The notes under the pieces: generated by a model
Seen by the model: only the letters and a program-made list of their open reading frames with translations
The model's database searches: none
What the model was told of the DNA's origin: nothing
Assembly: GCA_963772065.1 (NCBI GenBank)
Contig: CAVYVZ010000007.1
Coordinates: 212,249 to 276,248, forward strand
Direction: 5' to 3'
DNA: 64,000 bases
Origin: an uncultured Acidobacteriota bacterium
GTDB lineage: Bacteria; Acidobacteriota; Vicinamibacteria; Vicinamibacterales; UBA2999
Part shown: one piece after another, positions 48,696 to 57,658 of the stretch
Numbering within the stretch: the stretch's first letter is position 1
Layout: each line of letters opens with the position of its first letter
Position numbers and translations under genes: made by a program

Positions 48696-51600
48696 ATGCT
48701 CCGCCGTCTCGCCGTGCTGACCGGGCTCTTGTTCGTCGCGTTTGAGGTCATCTCCCACAGCCAGGTAGCGCGCATCTCACCCGAGACTTACGGCGCGCTG
48801 CGTTGGCGCTACATCGGCCCCGAGGGAAATCGTTTCAGCGCCATCGCCGGCATCCCGGGCGACCCGCTGGTTGTCTATGCCGGATCCGCCTCGGGCGGCA
48901 TCTTCAAGACAACCGACGGCGGCATCAACTGGGAGCCCATCTTCGACGAGCAAGCCGTCCATTCGATCGGTGACATCGCCGTCGCGCCCTCGGATCCAAG
49001 CATCGTGTGGGCGGGAACCGGCGAGTCGTGCATCCGCAGCCACATCTCCGTGGGCGAGGGCATCTTCAAGTCCACCGACGCCGGCCGCTCGTGGACGCGG
49101 ATGGGCCTCGAGAAGACCGGCCGCATCGGCAAGGTCATCGTGCATCCGCAAGACCCTGACCGCGTGCTGGCATGCGCTCTCGGCCACGCGTACGGACCGC
49201 AGCAGGAGCGCGGGGTGTTCCGCACGACGGACGGCGGCAAAACCTGGGAGCGTACGCTCTTCGCGGACGAGAACACCGGCTGCTCGGACCTCGAGGTGGA
49301 TCCGCGCAATCCTCGAAAGGTCTTCGCCGGCATGTGGACGCTCGACATCAAGACGTGGGTACGTGAAAGCGGCGGACCCGGCAGCGGTCTGTACGAATCG
49401 AACGACGCCGGCATCACGTGGCAGAAGCTGACCGGCCGCGGTCTGCCGACGAAGACCGTCGGCAAGACGATGGTCGCGATCGCCCCCTCGAATCCCGAGC
49501 GCGTGTACGCGCTCTTCGAGACGGGGGACGGCGTGCCATGGAAGGGCCAGGCGACCGAGACCGGTCAGCTCTGGCGGTCGGATGACGGCGGTCGGCAGTG
49601 GCAGCGGATCAGCAGCGATAGAAACTGGATGGGCCGAGCGCACTACTACTCCCACATGGAAGTCGCACCAGACAACGAGAATGAGACGTACGCCTTCAAC
49701 GCTGCGTGGAACATCTCGCGCGACGGCGGCCGGACGCTCGATCAGGTAACGGGCCACGAGGCGCCGGGCGGCGACCATCACGACATGTGGATCGATCCGC
49801 GCGATCCGAGCCGGATGCTGGTGGCCCACGATCAGGGGCTATCGATCTCGACGAACCGCGGGCGCAGCTGGGTACGGGTGCGGCTCGCGAACGCGCAGAT
49901 GTATCACGTGACAGTCGACAGCCAGGTGCCCTACTACGTGTACGGCAACAAGCAGGATGGTCCGTCCTACCGCGGCCCGAGCAACAGCAAGTCAGGTGGA
50001 TTCGGCGCCGGTGCAGGTCGCATTCCGCGCTCCGCGTGGCACGGCGTGCTCGGCGGCGAAAGCGGCTGGGCGACCCCGGACCCGGGCGATCCGAACATCA
50101 TCTGGTCGAGCGCGTCGGGCGCGGGCAGCGTGGGAGGCATCGTCGTCAGGTACGAGCTGGACAAGCGGCAGGGACGCAACGTCGAGGTCTGGCCCGATCA
50201 GACCAATGGCGTGCCTGCCGATCTGAAGTACCGATTCAACTGGACGACGCCGCTGACGATCTCGCCGCACGATCGCAACACGATCTACGTCGGCAGCCAG
50301 CACGTGCATCGGACGACGAACGGCGGCCAGAGCTGGGACCTCATCAGTCCCGACCTGTCGACCAACGACAAATCGCGGCAGCAGTTCTCGGGCGGGCTGA
50401 CCGGCGACAACATCGGCGTCGAGTACGCGTTCGCCGTGATGGCGATTGCGGAGTCGCCGCGCGAAAAAGGAATGATTTGGGCGGGCACCAACGACGGCCA
50501 GGTGCAGCTCACGCGAGATGCCGGCAAGACGTGGGTCAACGTCACGAAGAACATCCCCAGCCTGCCGCCGTGGGGGACCGTCGGCAATATCGAGCCGTCC
50601 CGCCACGACGCGGGAACGGCCTACCTCACGGTGGATCTGCATCAGGTGAACAATCGCGACCCGTTCGTCTACCGGACGACCGACTACGGAAAGAGCTGGA
50701 CGGCGATCACCAACGGCATCCCCCGGTCGATGCTCAGCTACGCGCACTGCATCCGCGAAGATCCCGTACGAAGGGGCTGCTGTACCTCGGGACCGAAAAC
50801 GCGCTGTATGTGTCCTTCGACGACGGCGGGAACTGGCAGCCGCTGCAGTCGGGACTGCCGGCCGCGCCCGTGTACTGGCTCACGTTCGCCGAGCACATGA
50901 ACGATCTGGTGATCGCGACGTACGGGCGAGGGTTCTGGGTGCTCGACGACCTCTCGCCGCTCCAGCAGCTCACCCCGCAAGTGGTGGCGTCGGAGGCCCA
51001 CCTCTTCGCGCCGAAGCCCGCCTACCGCTTCCGCGAGGTGACGAACAACTACTCGATGCCGAACGATGCGACGAGCGGATTCGATCCGCCGTACGGCGCG
51101 GGCATCGACTTCTACCTGCGCGACGCGGCCAACGTGACCGTGACGATCCACGATGAAGCGGGCCAGCAGGTGCGGGCGCTGCGGGTGACCGGCCGCGCGG
51201 GCGTGAACCGGGTGATGTGGGACCTGCGGCACGAGCCGACGAAAGAGGTGCAGCTGCGCACGAAGCCGACCTACGTGAACGATTTCGCCATGCCGGCGAG
51301 CGGGTCGCGTTCCGGCGGCCAGCGCCTCTCGATTCTCGCCGCGCCCGGCACCTACACCGTGAAGCTCTCGGCGGCCGGCCGCGAGCTCACGCAGAAGATT
51401 GTCGTGCGAAAGGATCCAGGCTCAGGAGGCAGCGAGGCGGAGCTGACCGAGCAGACGAAGACACTGTTCCAGCTGCGCACGACGATCGAGCAGGCCGCCG
51501 ACGTGATCAATCAGGCGGAGCTCGTGCGGAACCAGCTGCAGGAGCTGCCGAAGCTTGCCGGCGACGCCGACATTGCGCAGGTTGCGGCGTCGATCGAGCA

Positions 51601-51913
51601 GAAGTTCACGGACCTCGAGATGAAGCTCGTCGAGCTCCGCGCGACGGGCCGGGGACAGGACGCGGTGCGCTTCGGGGCAAAGCTCTATTCGAAGCTCACG
51701 TACCTCGCGAACGGCCTGATGAGCAACGACTACCGGCCCACGGCGCAGCAGCTCGAGGTGCAGAAGCTCCACGAGCAGCAGGTGAAGGAGCTTCAGGATC
51801 GGCTGAACACCCTGCTCAACACCGACGTCGCCATGTTCAACGAGAAGCTCCGCGCGCGGAAGCTCTCCACGATCATGGTTCAACCGACGCGACGCGGGAC
51901 GTCTGAGCAGTAG
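48696..51913 (+). CDS. Sortilin/VPS10-like BNR repeat protein; frame break near 50769-50771
   Basis: ORF 48696..50900 is joined to the phase of ORF 49706..51913 (..IREDPVR / KGLLYLGTENALYVSFDDGGNW..). One base appears to be missing in gtacgaagggg. Confidence 0.88.
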
Positions 51914-51919
51914 GAGCGA

Positions 51920-51942
51920 CTACGGACTGCGGACTACGGTAA
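51920..51942. repeat. Solo copy of the CTACGG(A/T)CT(G/A)CGGACTACGG arm seen at 7630-7652
   Basis: ctacggactgcggactacgg is 18/20 identical to ctacggtctacggactacgg at 7630. I found no complementary arm nearby. It supplies the last codons and the stop (..TVVRSP-stop) of the RES gene. Confidence 0.6.
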
Positions 51943-52588
51943 CCGTCGGCTCCCCGCGCCCCTGCCACACGTACTCGTAGTGTGCGGCCACGCGAACGTT
52001 GAGAACGAGCTTCGGCCGGAAACAGGCGAGGCATTCGCCGCCTTCGTGGCGGACGCTTCGATAGACGATGCCGTTGCCGCCGTGCTGGAGTAGACGCGCG
52101 CCGAAGCGCTGAGACTCGGCGTACGAATCCGGGTCGTAGAGCGGCGCGTATTCCCGGCGAGAACCACGGATGTCGTGAAACGTGGCGCGAAAGTCCGCGT
52201 GGTACAGGCGCATCTGCATCCGCGTCTCGAGCGCGCCCACCTCCGCGATCTCGAGCGTGCGCTGATAGGTCGACTCCGCGACCGCCGTCGCGAGCGTCCG
52301 CGCCGCGTACCACGCCCCGCGCTCGGCGCCCGAGAAGCGCGAGCCGCCGGGACGCGGATGGCAGAAGGCGGCCATGACGACCGTCGCATGCGGACGTCCC
52401 ACGAGCCACTCGCCGCGCGGCACGACGTGGAGGATGCCGAGCTCGTTGCTCACGCGGTCGTTGGTCCACGCCTCGAGCTCGAGGAGCGCCTCGAGGTCAG
52501 CGGCCGCCGCGATCCGGTCGAAGGCGCCGACGGTCGGAAAGCGGCTGGGAATCAGGCGGCACGATTTCGTCCACCTGACTGCACTCAC
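51920..52588 (-). CDS. RES-domain toxin (NAD+-targeting family)
   Basis: ORF track 51920..52657. I prefer the GTG at 52588, which is preceded by GGAG. RES hallmarks are ..GGSRFSG..AVAESTYQ..NGIVYRSVRHEGGEC. Confidence 0.8.
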   Translation of the reverse strand: MSAVRWTKSCRLIPSRFPTVGAFDRIAAAADLEALLELEAWTNDRVSNELGILHVVPRGEWLVGRPHATVVMAAFCHPRPGGSRFSGAERGAWYAARTLATAVAESTYQRTLEIAEVGALETRMQMRLYHADFRATFHDIRGSRREYAPLYDPDSYAESQRFGARLLQHGGNGIVYRSVRHEGGECLACFRPKLVLNVRVAAHYEYVWQGRGEPTVTVVRSP

Positions 52589-52598
52589 CGATGGCTCC

Positions 52599-52639
52599 AC
52601 GTTCCGGGTTCCAGGTTCCGGGTTCTTGTTCTGGAACGG
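52599..52639. repeat. Heptamer array gttccgg gttccag gttccgg gttcttg plus complementary ctggaac, between antitoxin and toxin
   Basis: Read directly. It lies between the antitoxin stop (52641) and the preferred toxin start (52588). Confidence 0.8.
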
Positions 52640-52640
52640 C

Positions 52641-53081
52641 TCAGCCCCTTCGGGCATCGAGCAGGCGCCGCAGTTGGAAGAGGCCGTCGATGCCCGCGTC
52701 GGCGAGGAACGCGATCGGCGCCCTGCCGGCGAACAGCGGGTTGACGTTGGGCATGCGGATCCACCGGTCGGCGAATGCCTGCTCGGGATAGAGGATCTGC
52801 AGCGATTTGTAGATGCCCAGCACGAGCGAGATGCGCGTCAGCGTGTCGAAGGACAGCGGTCCCGCGTCGCCGCTCTTGTACTTGTGGAAGGTGGACGAGG
52901 GCGGCCAGCCGAGGAGCGCGCGCTGCTCGGCGACCGTGAGCTGCCACGCGCGCGCGATGTTGAAGAACGCTCTCAGCGCCGGCGCCGACAGCCGGCGGCG
53001 CACCTCGGGGTCCTGGCGGTCGGCCGCGGGAAGCGGCATCCAGGAGACGTCCGGCGCGCGGGGCGCGCGCGCTCTCTGCAT
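52641..53081 (-). CDS. Xre/MbcA/ParS-type antitoxin (DUF2384-like C-terminal toxin-binding domain)
   Basis: ORF track, 146 aa. Sequence ..LTVAEQRALLGW..STFHKYK..RWIRMPNVNPLFAGRAPIAFL. It sits immediately upstream of the RES gene. Confidence 0.75.
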   Translation of the reverse strand: MQRARAPRAPDVSWMPLPAADRQDPEVRRRLSAPALRAFFNIARAWQLTVAEQRALLGWPPSSTFHKYKSGDAGPLSFDTLTRISLVLGIYKSLQILYPEQAFADRWIRMPNVNPLFAGRAPIAFLADAGIDGLFQLRRLLDARRG

Positions 53082-53119
53082 ATGGAGAGCCTACTCCAAA
53101 TATGGATTCGACGCAAAAC

Positions 53120-54259
53120 CTAGCGCCGATCGAGCGGCACGAACCGCTGCGGGTACGCGGGACCCGTGTAGTCGGCGCGCGGCCGGATCAGACGGTTGTT
53201 CGCGTACTGCTCGAGGACGTGCGCCGTCCAGCCGGACATGCGGCTGACGGCAAAGATCGGCGTGTAGAGATCGATGGGAATGCCGAGCGCGTAGTAGGTG
53301 GAGGCCGAGTAGAAATCGACGTTCGGGTTGAGCTTCTTCTCGCCCTTCACGAGCGCCTCGATCCGCTGCGAGATGTCGAACCACGCGGTGCCGCCGGCCC
53401 GCTTCCCGAGCTCGCGCGACATCTGCCGCAGGTGTGTCGCGCGCGGGTCCTCGGTGCGGTATACGCGGTGTCCGAACCCGGGGATCTTCTCCTTCTTCGC
53501 CAGCTTGCCGCGGATCACCTGATCGACGCGGTCGCCGGTCGCCTGTTCGCCGAGCTCGAGGAGCAGCCGCATCACGTCGGCGTTCGCGCCGCCATGCAGC
53601 GGCCCTTTCAACGTGCCGATCGCCGCCACGATGGCGGAGTACATGTCGGTGAGCGTGGCTGCGGCCACGCGCGCCGCGAACGTCGAGGCGTTCAGCTCGT
53701 GATCGGCATGGAGCACCAGGGCGACATCGAACGCGCGCTCGGCGGTCGGGTTCGGCCGCTCGCCGGTGAGCATGTACAGGAAGTTCGCGGCGTGCCCGAG
53801 CACCGCGTCGGGCGCCACCGGTCCGGCGCCCGCCTGGAGCCGGCCCCACGTCGCCACCAGCGTCGCAACGCGTGCCGTGAGGCGAACGGCCTTTCGATAC
53901 TGCGCCTGCGGCGACGGATCGTTGGCCTCTGGATCGTAATGCCCGAGCGCCGACGTCAGCGTCCGCAGCGCGTCCATGCCGTCGACGCTCGGCAGCGCGC
54001 GCATCAGGCGGAGGATCGGCTCGGGCAGCGGCCGCTCGGCCGCGAGCTGCGACTGGAGATCGCCGAGCTCGGCCCGCGTCGGCAGGCGCCGACGCCACAG
54101 CAGAAAGCACACTTCCTCGAACGACGCGTGCTGCGCCAGATCGTGGATGTCGTGCCCACAGTAGGCGAGCACCCCTCGATCGCCGTCGAGATAACAGATC
54201 GCTGAGCTCGTGGCGGTGACGTCTTCGAGGCCGCCTTTGGGCTTTACGTCGGTGCTCAT
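53120..54259 (-). CDS. Citrate synthase family (short ~380-aa type; citrate versus 2-methylcitrate synthase unresolved)
   Basis: ORF track, 379 aa. Motifs LVLHADHELNAST, GPLHGGAN and IPGFGHRVYRTEDPRA. Confidence 0.93.
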   Translation of the reverse strand: MSTDVKPKGGLEDVTATSSAICYLDGDRGVLAYCGHDIHDLAQHASFEEVCFLLWRRRLPTRAELGDLQSQLAAERPLPEPILRLMRALPSVDGMDALRTLTSALGHYDPEANDPSPQAQYRKAVRLTARVATLVATWGRLQAGAGPVAPDAVLGHAANFLYMLTGERPNPTAERAFDVALVLHADHELNASTFAARVAAATLTDMYSAIVAAIGTLKGPLHGGANADVMRLLLELGEQATGDRVDQVIRGKLAKKEKIPGFGHRVYRTEDPRATHLRQMSRELGKRAGGTAWFDISQRIEALVKGEKKLNPNVDFYSASTYYALGIPIDLYTPIFAVSRMSGWTAHVLEQYANNRLIRPRADYTGPAYPQRFVPLDRR

Positions 54260-54295
54260 ACCGTGATCTTATGCTGTCTGCCGCTGGAGGGTGTG

Positions 54296-55189
54296 ATGCT
54301 GCATGTGACCCCCCTGCTACTCATCCTGACCGCGAGTCCGGCGGTCCAGGCCACCGACGTTACGGTCGAGCGCGGGGTTGTCTTCGGGATGTACTCGGGG
54401 CTTGCGCTGCTGATGGATGTTCACCGGCCGCAGACGCCGAACGGGATCGGGATCGTCTATGTCCCCGGCAGCGGCTTCCACACGCCGCTCGGATACGATG
54501 CACAGCCGATCACGCGATTCACGGCGCCGTACCGTACCGGCGCTGACCCGAGCCGGCTACACCGTGTTCGTCGTCAACCATCGTGCGGCGCCGCGATTCA
54601 GATATCCGGCCGCCGTCGAGGACGTGCAGCGGGCCGTCCGATACGTGCGTCATAACGCGGCGCGGTATGGGGTCGCGCCGGACCGGATCGGTGCGATCGG
54701 CTACTCGTCCGGCGGGACGCTCGCGAGCCTCCTCGGCGTGCTCGGCGGTGAGGGCACTCCGAGCGATACGGATCCCGTCCAGCGCGAGAGCGCGCGCGTC
54801 CAGTGCGTCGTCGCCGGCGGCGCGGCCTTCGACTTCACGAAGGTGCAGACACTAGTCGGACTTCCGGTAATGGGCTCGTACCTCGGATCGACTATCGCTC
54901 TCGGCTATGGCGAGACGAGCCCTGGTACAAGACGTACCAGGAAGGTTCGCCGCAGTTCCATGTGAGCCGGGGCGACGCGCCGACGCTGCTCGTGCATGGC
55001 GACGCGGACGAGATTCTGCCGTTCGCGCAGGCCGAAGCCATGGAGCGCGCGCTGCGCGAGGCCGGTGTTCCCGTGAAGCTCCTGCGGATGCCCGGCGGCA
55101 CGCATTTCAAGCCCCGCCCGCCGGGTGCGCCAGACGACGCTGCCGAGATTGCGCGGTGGTTCGATCAGTACTTGAAGGGCAAGAACTAA
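54296..55189 (+). CDS. Secreted alpha/beta hydrolase (esterase/peptidase S9-like); two frame breaks (about 54532 and about 54905)
   Basis: The protein is pieced from ORFs 54263, 54417 and 54803. GxSxG motif (GYSSGG) and C-terminal LLVHGDADEILPF. Deleting one C from taCcgtacc restores ..TAPYVPALTRAGYTVFVV.. Confidence 0.75.
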
Positions 55190-56685
55190 AGCTCTTTGGC
55201 TTCAGTGGCAGGCTTGAGCACCACGGAATCGCCGGCGTACTGCTGCACGATCGACAGCAGACCCGTATAGAGGAAGCCGATCTGGAACAGCACGAGGAAC
55301 GGCAGCGTGCCGTAGATGCCGTTCGACAGCGCGTAGAAGACGGTCGCGGTGAAATAGAGACCGAGCGCCAGCTCGATCATCGGCTGCACGGTGAAGCTCT
55401 GGCGGTACTTCTTGCCGATCCACTCGTCCTCGGATCGCTCGATGCGGTATTTCGGCGTGCGGGCGAAATCGCTCTGGCGGTTGAACAGCGCCTCCAGCAC
55501 CGCCTTCGTGTTGTTCACCGTCAGGCCAATCCCGATCGACATCAGGAACGGCAGGTACTTGAGGCGCGTGGCCCAGTCGGCGTGCAGCTCCCGTTGGCAC
55601 ACCATGTAGAAGTTGGCCACCGACGCGGTCGCCGCGAAGAACAGGGGGATGTCGATCAGCAGCATCTCGTACCAACCCATGTTGTAGCGGATGACCATCG
55701 ACGGCGCCATCAGCACCGACAGCACGCACATGAGCAGGTAGTTGAAGTTCGCGGAGAGGTGAAAGAACGCCTCGGCCTTCACCCCGAGAGGGAGCTTCGA
55801 CTGAAGAATCCGGGGTAGCAGCTTGCGGCACGTCTGAATCGAACCCTTGGCCCAGCGATGCTGCTGCGACTTGAACGCGTTCATCTCCACCGGCACTTCC
55901 GCCGGCGCCAGGAGATCCTGGAGGAAGACGAACCGCCAGCCGCGGAGCTGCGCCCGGTAGCTGAGGTCCAGATCCTCCGTCAGCGTATCGTGCTGCCAGC
56001 CCCCCGCATCGGCAATGGCGCTGCGCCTCCAGATGCCGGCGGTGCCGTTGAAGTTGAAGAACAGGCCGGCCCGGTTGCGGCCGCCGTGCTCGAGCACGAA
56101 ATGCCCGTCGAGCAGAATCGACTGGATCTTCGTGAGGAGCGAATAGTCCTGATTGATATGCCCCCAGCGCGCCTGCACCATGCCGACGCGCGGGCCCGTG
56201 AAGTGATGAATCGTCCGGCGGAGGAAATCGGACGGCGGGATGAAGTCCGCGTCGAAGATCGCGATGTACTCACCGCGCGCGGACGCGAGGCCCGCTTCGA
56301 GCGCACCGGCCTTGAAGCCGCTTCGGTCGGTCCGGTGTATGTACTTGATGTCGACGCCGCGCGCGGCGTTGCGGCGCACGGCCTGCTCCGCCACGTTTCG
56401 CGTCTCGTCGATCGAGTCGTCCAGCACCTGGATTTCGAGCAGCTCGGTCGGATAGTCGAGCTCGCAGACGGCGTCGATGAGCCGGTCCGCCACGTACATC
56501 TCGTTGTAGATGGGAAGCTGGATCGTCACAACCGGCAGCGAATCGAACTGACCGGCCGGGACCGGCTGCCGATCCTTGTTCTTCATGTACAGGTAGACGA
56601 GGTAATAGCGGTGCCACCCGTAAACGGCGAGAATGACCAGAACGAAGAAGTATGTCGCGAGAATGAGGGTCTCGACGGGCGTCAT
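55186..56685 (-). CDS. Family 2 processive glycosyltransferase (CslA/BcsA-like membrane enzyme)
   Basis: ORF track, 499 aa. Motifs IQLPIYNE, IAIFDADF, TEDLDLS and QQHRWAKG (QxxRW). Transmembrane helices sit at both ends. Confidence 0.88.
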   Translation of the reverse strand: MTPVETLILATYFFVLVILAVYGWHRYYLVYLYMKNKDRQPVPAGQFDSLPVVTIQLPIYNEMYVADRLIDAVCELDYPTELLEIQVLDDSIDETRNVAEQAVRRNAARGVDIKYIHRTDRSGFKAGALEAGLASARGEYIAIFDADFIPPSDFLRRTIHHFTGPRVGMVQARWGHINQDYSLLTKIQSILLDGHFVLEHGGRNRAGLFFNFNGTAGIWRRSAIADAGGWQHDTLTEDLDLSYRAQLRGWRFVFLQDLLAPAEVPVEMNAFKSQQHRWAKGSIQTCRKLLPRILQSKLPLGVKAEAFFHLSANFNYLLMCVLSVLMAPSMVIRYNMGWYEMLLIDIPLFFAATASVANFYMVCQRELHADWATRLKYLPFLMSIGIGLTVNNTKAVLEALFNRQSDFARTPKYRIERSEDEWIGKKYRQSFTVQPMIELALGLYFTATVFYALSNGIYGTLPFLVLFQIGFLYTGLLSIVQQYAGDSVVLKPATEAKEL

Positions 56686-56771
56686 AGAGTCAACAGGTTG
56701 GCAAACAGCACAAATCGCGATTATATGGTTGAGTCACGAAAACTTCAACGAACGGAGACCAATTCCGGCAC

Positions 56772-57533
56772 GTGATGAATCCTTCCGACCTTCGACACCT
56801 GCTGGATCGCGTGCGCGATCGCGACGTCGATCCTGCGGCAGCGGCCGATCGCATCCTCGACGCCCTGCGCTCGGCGCCCTACGAGGACCTCGGCTTCGCT
56901 CGCGTCGACCACCACCGCGAAATCCGGCAGGGGTTCCCCGAAGTGATCCTCGGCTTAGGCAAAACTCCGGCCCAGATCGCCGCCATCGCCGAACGCATCG
57001 CCGTGCGCGGCCGTCCGCTGCTGGTCACGCGCGTTCAACCTGATGTGTTCGACGCCGTCCGAGCAGTCATTCCTCAAGCGACGTACCACCTCGAGGCGCG
57101 TGCCATCACGTTGAGCCAAGGGGACATCCCGCGCGGTAACGGCACAGTCCTGATCGTCAGCGCGGGGACCTCCGACATCCCTGTCGCAGAAGAAGCGGTC
57201 GTCACGGCCGAGCTGATGGGGAATACGATCGACCGTCTCTACGACGTGGGTGTGGCGGGCCTCCACCGTCTGCTTCGCGAACAGTCGCGCCTCCAAAGTG
57301 CACGAGTGGTAATCGTCGTCGCAGGAATGGAAGGCGCGCTACCCAGCGTCGTTGCGGGGCTGATCGCGGTTCCGGTCATCGCCGTTCCTACGAGCATCGG
57401 TTACGGCGCGAGCTTCGGCGGGATTGCCGCGCTGCTTGGAATGCTCAACAGCTGCGCCAACGGCGTCTCGGTGGTGAACATCGACAACGGCTTCGGGGCC
57501 GGCTGCATCGCCAGCCTCATCAATCATTTGTAG
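56772..57533 (+). CDS. larB: LarB-like (AIR carboxylase family) nickel-pincer cofactor biosynthesis protein
   Basis: ORF track, 253 aa (the ATG at 56775 is more likely than the GTG at 56772). Sequence ..ARVDHHREIRQGFPEVI..VSAGTSDIPVAEEA..VVAGMEGALPSVVAG.. Confidence 0.8.
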   Translation: MMNPSDLRHLLDRVRDRDVDPAAAADRILDALRSAPYEDLGFARVDHHREIRQGFPEVILGLGKTPAQIAAIAERIAVRGRPLLVTRVQPDVFDAVRAVIPQATYHLEARAITLSQGDIPRGNGTVLIVSAGTSDIPVAEEAVVTAELMGNTIDRLYDVGVAGLHRLLREQSRLQSARVVIVVAGMEGALPSVVAGLIAVPVIAVPTSIGYGASFGGIAALLGMLNSCANGVSVVNIDNGFGAGCIASLINHL

Positions 57534-57627
57534 GTTCGTGGGTTCGTGGGTTCGTAGGTTCTGGGTTCCTCGGTTTTTCGGCCGAACCAACGAACTCGAA
57601 CCGAGGAACCGACGAACTGACGAACCG
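57531..57627. repeat. Periodic-stem palindrome, unit GGGTTCGT, with a perfect inner 12-bp stem (ggttcctcggtt/aaccgaggaacc)
   Basis: Left side is taggttcgtgggttcgtgggttcgtaggttctgggttcctcggtt. Right side is aaccgaggaaccgacgaactgacgaaccgcc. It begins with the larB stop TAG and shares GCGGTTCGT..CAGTTCGT with the element at 23227..23334. Confidence 0.85.
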
Positions 57628-57658
57628 CCCCGATCTAGTAGACTGGGACTTTCCAAAA

